A DNA stretch of 64,000 nucleotides. Origin: Vicugna vicugna. Taxonomy: Eukaryota. Location: assembly GCA_013265495.1 (NCBI GenBank), contig MU062811.1, positions 4,125,462-4,189,461 on the forward strand, written 5' to 3'. The position numbers and the translations under genes are program-made. Of the stretch, positions 43,112-53,416 are shown piece by piece (position 1 is the stretch's first letter; every line of letters starts with the position of its first letter). A model generated the notes under the pieces. It made no database searches. It saw only the letters and a list, made by a program, of their open reading frames with translations, and was not told the DNA's origin.

Positions 43112-46100
43112 GATGAGATGGGGATGCACCTGGCCAGACTCTTCTCCTCCCCCTGTACATAGTCCCCTCTACCTGTGGAGAAGACTCTCAGGGTCCCCTC
43201 CCCTGGCCTTGTTACCCACCACCGTGCTGTTGCTGCACAGGAGGCCTGTCCTCCTCCCAGGGCTTGTGTGGTAGCCACAGCCGTCTCAGCTTCAGGAAAG
43301 GGGGCCCGGCCTGCCTGGCCCAGCCATGCACTGGTGTCCTTTCTGTAGTCGGTGACCCACTACCCTCTCCTCCCTGCCTCCCAGAGTATCCCAGTTGGTT
43401 TCCAGTTGGGCCACAGACTAGGGAGTCAGAATCACTGGCCCAGCCCGAGGAGGTTAAAGGGCGGGGGGTTGTGGGTGAGAGAGCACCTCCGCCCTTGTTG
43501 GGAAACATGGCTGCTCTGCACCAGCTCCACCAGAAACGAATGCCGAGGGCCACAGCCAGCCTTGCCCTTTCTCTTCTGAGTTGCCTTCTGTTCCCTGTCA
43601 TGATCCTCTCAAGGTATCAAGGCTTGGGTTTCCTCATAGATTCTGTGGCTGGTCTAGGAGGACATGTCCCCATGGATTGCAAACAGTCTATCTGAGGGAG
43701 AAGCTGGACATTCAGTCTATAGGGTCTTAGGTTTTGAAGGATAGAGGGAAGCCTTGGCTGGGTCTCAAACGTAAATGTTTACTGCAGAGAAGCTGTGTTT
43801 TATAGTCTGTTCTGCTGTTGAGGTGTTCGGTTAAATGCCAGGCTGATGGGGCACTGGCTGCTTGGGGCAAAGAAGGTGTCTCCAGATGCCACTGAACCTG
43901 AGGCTCAGGGCACTGGGACTGGAGGCCCGCAGGGGGCCGGGAAGGGGTACGCTCCTGTCACTTATACCTGTTTTTTTTTTTTAACAAAATAAAGTGTACA
44001 GAGTCTACTCAGCTATAGAAGAATAACTTAGGGTTTGGATGGTCTTGATGGTGATCTAGCATTTTGCAGCTACACTTGTAAATTTCTAAGAAGCTTTTCT
44101 CGCGTGCCAGAAAGGGGCTGTGGTTAATAGCAGTTTTAGCTTTCAGCTTCCTTAGTGTCCTCTCACACGAGGACATTGCCCTGAGGTAGGTGCTCAGAGT
44201 TGAATGGGGCAGAGCGGTGGTCGTTCTCTGGGGAACCCTGCTCCCCTACCCTCTGCTTCTTGTTCCTCAATGTTGTTAAAAAGTGAGCCTTCAAAGGCTT
44301 CCCAGCCACAGCTTCCGCCAGAGCCCAGGCCATTGTGCCTTTTGACATTTACAGGTTCGTGGACGTGGAGGCTAAGAGGAGTGTAGAGGGGCTGGTGGAC
44401 AGCAGAGAACATCAGGGAAAATAAGCGCTTCCTCGGTTAGGGCACCTGAAATGCTTGGGCCTGATGGCACTAATTAAACTCTTTGCAAGGCTGAAGGGTC
44501 CCAGGCTACCTGTTGAACGCTTCGTGCTTTGTCAAATCCTGCAAGCAAGCCCGTTTACCAGGGTGGGCCCAGATGCCTTTGGGCTGTCCTCACCAGCTGG
44601 CAGGACAACTCCCAGGAAACAGTCCTGTAGAACTGGAAGTCACCAAATGATGTTGGGTTGATTTCATTATCACAAACTTCTCTCTGTCCCTGAAAAAGTA
44701 AGAATGGAGTTTAAGAGAAAACAGGTTTCTTTTTTAAATTAAAAAAGAAAACCTGATTAAAGAATTATTGCCTGTTCAGAGAGTGTTTCTTTTGTTGGGT
44801 CAAAGGCAGAGCTGATGGTGTGGGGCCCAAGAGCCACACTTTCTTTTGGCTGTGTCACCAGGCTTGTCCCTTTGTACCGAGGGCTGCCAGCCTGACCTCC
44901 AGAAGCCCTGCAGTAGGTCACTCCCACCTGTCCAGTCACTGTACCCACTCCAAGGCAGGGCTGGAGGAAAGAAGTCGGGGCTGGGGTGAGGCTGCTAAGA
45001 GCTTTGCTCAGTACCTGGAAACCAATCTGCACACCACCCCAATTCCAGCCCTTGCTCCCCGGCCCCGTCTCCCTGTCAGACTCCTGCTAAGGGACCGATG
45101 TTTCACACGGGCCCAACCTGGATGCTCCCCAGCACTGAGTGCAGAACCCCTGGGGAGCTAGTCAGAGGTGCAGATTCCCAGGAATTCTCTTCCTCTCCCT
45201 CGCATCCTCTATGCTTGTCCTTGCCTCCTAGTCCTTAGAGCAGATCAAGGTCTTTAAATTCTCCCTAAGCCTCCCCACCTTTACCTCCTTCCCTTACCCA
45301 GAGGAGAGGGGGCTCCTCTTTTCAAGACCAAGCTTTCCATTTTGGCTTTTGATCCAGTTCTCATCTCTGAGATGCCTCTTTCTCCTACAAGTCTTAAACA
45401 GGCTTATGTTCATTTAATTGTTGAAAACAACCACCTTAATCCTAATCCAAAAAAAATCTTATCCAGCATGTTTTCATCTACTGCTATTAATGTCTTTCAA
45501 GATTAACCCCTTTGAAATAATGTCCAAAGGTTCTCTGCTTCCTTTCAATTTACTCTGGGTGCCCTCATCACTCCATTTACTGCTTGGACAAAAGTAACCA
45601 GCGGCCCCCCTAATGACCAATGCTACAGACTCAGGCCTCTGCAGCCTGGGCTGAGAACACGCTTCTTGGGGCCGTAGTACTGGTGGCCCCTCTTTCTTGG
45701 CTTCCCCTGAAATACCAGCACACCCACGTTCAGTCCTGGATCCTCTTTTCAATCTCCTTGCTCTTTGTGGGTCACCTCCTTGCTCAAGACTTGCTAGTCT
45801 CTATCTCCAAACCATACCTCTCTCCTGAGCTTCAAACCAGAATCTAGGACTGTCTTTTAGAACTGTATCCCACCCCAGAAGTCATCTCAAATTCAGCTCA
45901 TCCACCAGCTTGCCTCTTCCTGTGCTCCCTCTGCCATTATCACCACCACCAGCTGACCCAGTCCCACCACCCAGGGACCTGGGGTCATATGCACCTCTAC
46001 CCTCTCTCTCACCCCATTCTGTCAGCCCCAACCTCCTCCACATCCCTCCATCCCTGAGGCCACTGGACAGTTGCCCTGGCCTCCTAACGAGTCTCCTTCC

Positions 46101-46195
46101 CTTTAATCTCTCACCTCTTCAAACTCCACAACACTGCGGCCCGAATGAGTTTTCTAAGAAAGTATGATGCTGTTTATCCCCTGCTTAACACTGAT

Positions 46196-46720
46196 ACTGT
46201 TCCACTTCTGAGTATAATACCCAAAAGAATTGAAAGCAGGGTCTCAAGATACTCGTACACCCATGTTCATAGCAGCATTCACAACGGCCAGAAAGTGGAA
46301 ACAACACAAACATCCATCAGTGAATGAGTGGATAAACATAATGCAGTATAAGGTACAACAGAATATTATTCAGCCCTCAAAAGGGATGATTTTCTGATAC
46401 AAGCTACATGGATAAACCTTGAAAACATGCTTAGTGAAATGAGCCAGACACAAAAAGACAAATATTGTACAACTCTTGTTTATATGAGATACCTAGAACT
46501 GTCGAATTCACAAAGACAGACAGGATGGTGGTTGCCAGGGGCTGGGGGAATGGGGAGTTACTATTTAATGGGGACAATTTCAGTTTGGGAAGATGAAGAA
46601 GTTCTGGACGTGGATGATGGTGATGGTTGTGCAGCGATGTTGAGTCTGCTCAATGCCACTGAACTGTACAGTTAAAATGGTAAATGTCATGTATTTTACC
46701 ATAGTAAGTTTTAAAAAACA
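46196..46720 (+). mobile_element. L1 3' end (L1MB-like)
   Basis: ORF2 C-terminal remnant (CCCATGTTCATAGCAGCATT, ATCCATCAGTGAATGAGTGGATAAAC) followed by typical L1M 3' UTR and an A tail. Confidence 0.8.
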
Positions 46721-46769
46721 ACCCTTTGGCAACTTTACATTGTCCATGCAGTGGTGTGATGCACAGTTA

Positions 46770-47210
46770 TGGGGTTTTGGTGGCCCAGAGTCCTAACATC
46801 TACAAATGGGCTGACTGCAGACCCTGCTTCCTCCTGTGGGCATGAGGAGGCCACACTTGCTCCCTCTGACCCCAGCAACCAAGGCACAGGCATCTGACCT
46901 GAGCTCAGCCGATCAGATTTTGCACGAGGACCTGGAAAGAGGGAAGAACAACTGAAGATCCAGCAAGGTGGTAGCCTCACATGTCCAGCAGCCCCAGGCT
47001 TCTGGTATCCAGTGTGGAGATGGCAGAACGCTACAGTTTGCTTCTGTGGCAGCGTCCTCATGTGGTCCTGGTGGCCAGCGTCCCACACTTACTGCCCTTT
47101 GAGTCTGTTCTTTCTCTGAATTTTGCAACTCCCAAGTGTCTTTCTAGTAAACTCCTTTTCTGCTCAAATTAGCCAATATGGTTTTCTCTTGTTTGCAACC
47201 AGGATCCCTG
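46770..47210 (+). mobile_element. MaLR-type solo LTR (MLT1-like)
   Basis: 3' part AGTAAACTCCTTTTCTGCTCAAATTAGCCA...TTTGCAACCAGGA resembles an MLT1 end. By-eye call. Confidence 0.5.
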
Positions 47211-47520
47211 CTGGTCCAGACTGCTTGGCAGGCCTCGTGAGGACTCCAGGGTGAGGCTGGTGGCCATGCCTCCAGTCTTGAGGCCCACAGAACCCTGAGC
47301 TGCTGCAAGGTCCACACCTCCAGGCCTTTGCTCAGTCTTTCCTCCCTGCCTGTTCCGTCTGCAGAGGCAGCATGATGGGCAAGAGCACAGATTCCAGAGG
47401 TCAATGGGGTTTGGATACTGGTGCTGCCAGTTTCTAGATGTCTGACCCCAGGCAAGTTATTTGTTTCTCTGTGCCTCCGTTTCCTTATCTGTAAAATGGA
47501 AACAATAATAGGACAAATTT

Positions 47521-47667
47521 AGCGAGGAGGGTATAGCTCAAGTGGTAGAGCGCATGCCTAGCGTGCACAAGGTCCTGGGTTCAATCCCCAGTACCTCCTC
47601 TAAAAAAAAAATAAACATAATTACCTTCCCCCCTCAAAAACAAACAAACAAAAAAAGCAATTAAAAA
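47521..47667 (+). mobile_element. tRNA-Ala-derived SINE (Vic-1-like, camelid), copy 1
   Basis: Head GGGTATAGCTCAAGTGGTAGAGCGC...GGTTCAATCCCCAGTACCTCC with A and B boxes, then an A-rich tail. Perfect 17-bp TSD AATAATAGGACAAATTT at 47504-47520 and 47668-47684. Confidence 0.92.
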
Positions 47668-47937
47668 AATAATAGGACAAATTTCCCCCACTATCTAAAA
47701 GTAGAGCATTCTTGTCAAACCTTTGTAGGCCAAAATGGTGTAAAGCAAAAAGCACATATCTTGCTAACGGACGCACAAAGTAAATGGAGATGAAGCACAG
47801 ATGCTCACTTGATACTGAGATGCTGAGTGCAGTTGCTGGTGGAGGAGTCTGGCGGGACCACTGTGGCTGCTTCTATACCAGCGTGCTGCAGAACCAACAA
47901 CTGAACGCTATTTTCACTTTTTACCTTTTTTCCTAGG

Positions 47938-48118
47938 TCAGATAAACAATGAATTTTTGTTTAGCATAAGCATGTCCCAAATCCAATAAACAGTGAGTAT
48001 TTTTGTAGTACACATATGTCCCATGCAATATTTGGGATGTGTTTAAACTAAAGCAAATCTCATTGTTTATCTGGCATTCAAATTGAACCAGGCATCCTGT
48101 GTTTCATTTGGCAACCTT
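47938..48118. mobile_element. MER53-like MITE, left end truncated, with an internally duplicated left-arm segment
   Basis: CAGATAAACAATGAA...ATGTCCCA occurs twice in degenerate form. The right arm TTGTTTATCTG..ATTCAAATT...GGCAACCTT is present. Confidence 0.65.
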
Positions 48119-49866
48119 GCATGGTACACTGCACATGGAGCACAGACAGACCGTGTGAGGTCTGCTTTGGTGGTGTGACAGCGTCTCATGTGCGCCTTGC
48201 CCGATATTAAGATAGTGTAGACCCTTTCTTGCACAGCAGTTGTATGTGCTTCTCTCCTTCATTCCCAAGACCTTGGGCTTCTGCCCCCAGTCTCTTCCTC
48301 CCATCCATCTTCCCAGCTACGGCCCCAACAACCCACATGGAGAAACAACCAAAGGTCTCCCTTGCCTCCTTGTCACCTGGGAACCACAGCCCAGGCCTGC
48401 TCAGCTTGGATCTCAGTGGGAGCACCCCACACCTGAACATGCCAAGCCAATCAGCACCATCCTGCCCAAACCATTCCCTCTTCTGGATTCCCCTTCTTCC
48501 TTCTCTGGCCAGGATACCTGACTTGTTGAAGATTGAGTAGTCCCTTCTTGGTGGAGTCTTTCTGGAGCTCCTAAGCCAAGTGGCTCTCTCATCTTGCTGC
48601 CAGAGCTTTCTCTGCAAGTGTCTGTATTGGCACATCTCCCAGCACTGGTCACCTGTGACCATCCCCGTACCCCATTCACTACAGAGTGGACTGTATTCTA
48701 TTACGTTCATAAGTCACTGTTTACTTACTTTTTCTTATATTTGGGCCCTTTAGGCCGGTTCCAGTTTTTCTTCTTGGTGTGAATCATCTGCTGTGGATCT
48801 CTGGGTGAATTATTTTTACTACCTTTGGAGTTGTTTCTTTAGCCCTAGTTTCCAAAGCAAAGTTAACAGGACAAAGTTCTGGCTAGTTTTGTAGACCTTG
48901 CTATATGTTGCCGCATCCCTCTGGGACAGATCAAAGCCAGTGACAGAGCTCCCAGCTTCTGAGAATCGGTTCCACCCTGAAGCTCAGTGCGTGCCCAGGG
49001 TGACAGGCCCTCTGCAGGGCACTGCAGGCCACGGAGATTCTGCTTATGTCACATGGACAGGAACCATGATATTTTTAAGTTATCTGGAAAGGTTCAATGT
49101 GATGCAGAGAGCACACTGCATACAATTCCTGCCGCAACCCACAGGGCTGTCAGAAGCCCAGGTGGAGCTCAGTGTGAAGAAGGACACATCTGAGGTCACT
49201 ATTTGTTCTCTAATTGGATTGCCGTCCATCGTTTGGCCAGCAAATGGACAAGATTCTGAAAAATCTCACAGTGCAAAATGATAACAATTTCATCTATTGA
49301 CTTAAGACTTTCTGTGACTTGTGGAGAAGCTTCTATTTCAAGCCTGCTCGGTGGAACATCTTATACCACCTGGTAGAGACAGAAGCATCCTCAGGCTCAG
49401 CCCAGCTCTGGCTCCTCTGCAGACCTGCCCAAGGGGGTCCTGGGGAGGCGCTGCCTTGGCTCAGCAGAGAAAAGAGTGACCAGGTTCAGATTGCAAAGTG
49501 GGGAGGGAATGGGAGAAGGGTGAACTGTATAGGTAAGAGTACAGCAGAGGGGACGGCTGGGACGGTGCTGGGAAGTGAAGCTCATGGCCCAGTATGAGCA
49601 GGGGCTTATTCAAGGACGGCGGAATATTAGGTGGGTTAGAAACAAGGGTGTCCACAAGTTGAGGGTCTTGAATGGCACACTCTTTGCTTCTCAATGTACA
49701 ATTGATAGATGACTTCTACACCAAAAATTGGAGAGATTCTCTACTTTCTTATAAGTTTCTCTAGGATTCCTTTAAATAGTGCCAACCCAGCCCTCCCAGA
49801 CCCCAACCCCACCTCCTTGCATCTCTGGGGGTTCGTTTACCAAATATCACTAGCAGGTAGCTTTGG

Positions 49867-50058
49867 TAGGGTTGCCAGGTAAAATACAGGATACCCAGTG
49901 AAATTTGAATTTAGATGAAAAATAAATACTTTTTAAAGTATAAGTCTATCCTGTGCAATGTTTGGGATCGACTTATGCTAAAAAGTGATTCACTGTTTAC
50001 CTGAAATTCTAATTTCTCTGGGTGTCCTATATTTTGTTTGCTAAATCTGATAGCCCTA
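49867..50058. mobile_element. MER53-like palindromic hAT MITE, near full length
   Basis: Begins TAGGGTTGCCAG and ends CTGATAGCCCTA. The two halves are imperfect reverse complements around a central loop. Family assigned from memory of the consensus. Confidence 0.8.
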
Positions 50059-50243
50059 ACTTTAAGCCCCCCAGGCACTGGGGAGATGGGTGGCAGCCCA
50101 GGTTCAAAGGGCTGGTTTACTGCACAGAGCTGGTGGTGGAGATTCTCGAGGCTGGAGGCTGCCCCAGGAAAACCAGAGGCTAGAAAGGGGAGGCCAATGG
50201 GACGGGGGATGTGGCTCATCAACCAAGTTTCTATCTCCCTCAG

Positions 50244-52425
50244 TCTCCCAGGGGCGGACGAAGGGCCCACTCCAAGCCTGAGGAGAAGCCCGTGCGGCAG
50301 CCTGTTGAGAAGCAGAAGCCAGAAGACCCTCAGGTCTCTAGGGAGCCAGGCACAGAGGTAACAGGAAGCCCCAGGACCTCCCAAGGCAGAGGGCCAGGAT
50401 GGCAGGAGGGCTGGAGAAATTCTTCTTCTGCCTGGATGGAGATCTGAACCCCCAGCCATTGCACCCCACCATCTTGCTATTGGGTGTGGGAGGACCCAGC
50501 TCCTGGGCAGCCAGCCTCATGCCCCTTCAGTCACCACGACACCCTCTCTGCCAAAGCCACCTTCTTCAGATTCTTCAGAGCAAAAGCTGGGCCTCCAAGA
50601 GGAAGCCACCATCACGTTCCTGTTTACACTCCTGAGCACAGCAGAGCCCACCAAAGACCCTGAAGAGTAAGGCTGTGTGTGCATGTGTGAGGGTGTGAAG
50701 AGGAATGGGGCACAGAGTGCTTCTCCCTGACCATCACCATTCAGACCTGGGCTAGGACTCAGCCCTGGGGTGTGCAGGGACATGGCTAAGATAGGACTGA
50801 GGAAGCCTCAACCTCGGGCTGGGTCCCCGCTCTGCCCACCCTACCCCTGCCCCAGTCTCTAGACTGGTCCAACCCTCATTGCCCACCCACCCCAGGGACT
50901 TGGAGAGCCAGGCGTGCCGGTTCCTGGATAAGGAAGACTGGGGCCCCCAGCGGACCTCGAAGGAAATGAGCCATTTGCAGAATATTTGCCAGAGGTGAGC
51001 TGGGCAGGAGCAGGTGGGGACAGGTAGGAGGGGGAATGAGGACAGGTAGGGTGGAGCTCTGTGGAGGTCAAGGACTGGGGCTTGACAGCTGTGGGTTTGC
51101 ACCTTCACTCAGCCTTGGTCTTCCCCTCCTTCCCTTGCCTTCTGTCTGTTCTACTCTGGATGACGTCCTTGCTGGCCAATCAGTCCCTTCCCTCCCCAGC
51201 ATCGGTGTCCTTGTATGTGAGCAGGAATGGAGGCCACAGCTCTTTCCCATCAGTGCGCCCACCTGCCTGGATAGTGGGCCGTCTATAGGCTGCCTAGAAG
51301 GGACCCCATCTTTAATTGTCCAAGAACCTGAGGGGTAGTTTGGTCTGTGGGGAAGTGGCAGGGAGGGTCTGTTCTCCGCATGTCAGACTCTGGACATTAG
51401 GTCTGCACAATCCCATGGTCGCTTGCCTGTCTGAGGCAATACTAGGGTCAGATCTCCACCTGGTGACAGAGGTCTTGGGATGGGGGGGGTGTGACATCAT
51501 TCCCCAAAGGCTGCACATGGCTCCCATGGCCATGGAGCTGTGTGGTTGGCACTTCCATTCATCCACAGCTGACCCAGCCGCTCCGGCAGGGCTAGTTCCA
51601 CACAGTTCCACACGGAAACCACCCAGAACCTGTCACAGCCCCCACTGAAGCCCAGAGGGGTGGGGTGGCCAGCCCTATAGGCTGCCTTAGAGGATTCCTA
51701 TCCAAGCATATGCGATGAAGTCACCTGCTCTTCTCTGGCTAAAGAAGAAGAAAAGCACAGTTCGGCTCTGTGCGGTCCCCTGCTGCGGGTCACGTGGGGA
51801 GATCAATTCCCTCCCTGCCTGTGGCTTCCCCAGAGCCAGCCTGAGCTCTTGGTGAAACCCTGGGCTCCTGGCTGGTGCCAGATCCTGCAGCTCATGCAAG
51901 AGCTGTGTGTTGGGGGTGGGGGTGAGGGCTGACTAGGACAAGCTCCTGGGGGCTGAGCAGAGGGTCTCTTTTTCAACTCTAGGCTTCGGGAGTCCCTGAG
52001 TACCATCCAAGCAGACAACCTGGCCCTGGGGGAGAAGCTGCAAGACCTGGTGAGAGCCTCAGTCTAGGACCCTCTTCTTCACTGTGCCTCCTCCCTGTCT
52101 CCTGGACCAGCTCCTGTGCTGGCAGTCCTGCCTGAGGTTGGCTACTCACCTCTGGCCCCTGCAACCCTTTTTTCCAGCCTAACTCTTTGTACGAGAGCCT
52201 GAAGGAGGAAGCAAAGGCCATCCTAGATGGAGAGAGGGCCATCCAGGAGGAAGGGAAGGACACCCAGGAGGGAGCCCAGGCCTTCCAAGAGGGGGCGCTG
52301 TTCCAGGTACACAGACCTCCACCCAGGGGTGCATGGGGCGAGAGGACAGCATGCCCAGCCACTGACTCGGCTCCCCTTGCCTGCAGCCGCCCAGTTCCCA
52401 GAAGGATGAGCTGGCCATCCTGTAG
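50244..52425 (+). CDS. Unassigned multi-exon protein-coding gene candidate with a leucine zipper; 5' end unresolved
   Basis: Exons 50531-50666, 50896-50994, 51983-52049, 52178-52306 and 52387-52425 are all AG/GT-bounded and phase-compatible, giving 156 aa without internal stops (VTTTPSLPK...DLESQACRFLDKEDWGPQRTSKEMSHLQNICQRLRESLSTIQADNLALGEKLQDLPNSLYESLKEEAKAIL...KDELAIL*). Candidate upstream exon 50244-50357. AGTAAA at 52543-52548. Confidence 0.7.
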
Positions 52426-53392
52426 CCTGATGCTCCCCACAACCACGGAAACCAGTGGCAGCCCTGGCTGGGCCCGAGGCTGGAGACAGGTGGCCTCCTC
52501 AGGAAGCCATTCCATCCTAGCAGCTATGCTCTAGGTCCCAGCAGTAAACGTCTCTGCAGCTGAGCCATGGCTCCCCTGCCTGTCTGTGGGCCCTGGGACT
52601 CGGGTGGAGCAGCTTGGTCCCTAGGCCATCCTCTGACATCGCCCTACCTCCCTTAGTTTGCTGGCCCTGAGCTTCCCCCACCCCAGAGGAGATTCCTGGT
52701 CTGGCTGGTTATCAGCCTCAAGATCAATGTCTCTGTGATAAGTGCTGGGTTGGGACTGGAAGGGGGCCGCACCCTCCCCTGGGGAGGTTGGAAGCATCGG
52801 GTCTAATTCCAAAGGGCAGAAGACTAGGGAGGGGCCAGAAGAGCCACTTCCCACCTTGTGAACTTGGATGAGTCTTCCCCTTTGTTAGTCAAGTCGTGGG
52901 GTGGGTAATGAGAGCTCCCCTGGAGCCCAACACTCAACATGCTTCAGGCCTGAAGATGCATCTGGAATTTTAATTCCCACCCCCACCTCCAGCGACGGCC
53001 TCCTAGGGCCTCCCTTGAGACCTGCCCCTCTTCACCAATGGGGTTTTCCCTATCCTAAGCCACAGAGCCTCCCCCAACCCCGCTCGTAGGCCCAAGTGTC
53101 CAGCTGTAGTCACTGTGCCCTGGCCACCAATAGGCTCTCAGGACTTGTGCCCATCAGCCTTGCTGCCCTCAGACCCTGTCCAGCCCTGGGGAGCCTTTCT
53201 AGACATCCCATGATTCCTGATGTAACGAGACAGAGACAGAGACATACACATACACAGAGAATGTTTAAGTAGAATATTCAAAAACTTAGAAATAATTCCC
53301 ATATAACTAGACATGCAGCATGCTTTAGACTTTTTTTTAAACTCCCTAATGAGGGGGATGACAGAGCCAGTTTAAAGGGGATACAAGAAACT

Positions 53393-53416
53393 CACACACA
53401 CACACACACACACACA
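53393..53416. repeat. (CA)12 microsatellite
   Basis: Direct read. Confidence 0.9.

Noticed and set aside
47524-47600. Apparent tRNA-Ala(AGC) gene (also at 57181 and 61593)
   Set aside because: The anticodon stem of this copy is broken (CATGC/GCACA). All three copies have A-rich tails and target-site duplications, so they are SINEs rather than tRNA genes.
51979-52515. 178-aa minus-strand ORF
   Set aside because: It is the antisense shadow of the plus-strand exons, where the splice signals and heptad pattern lie.
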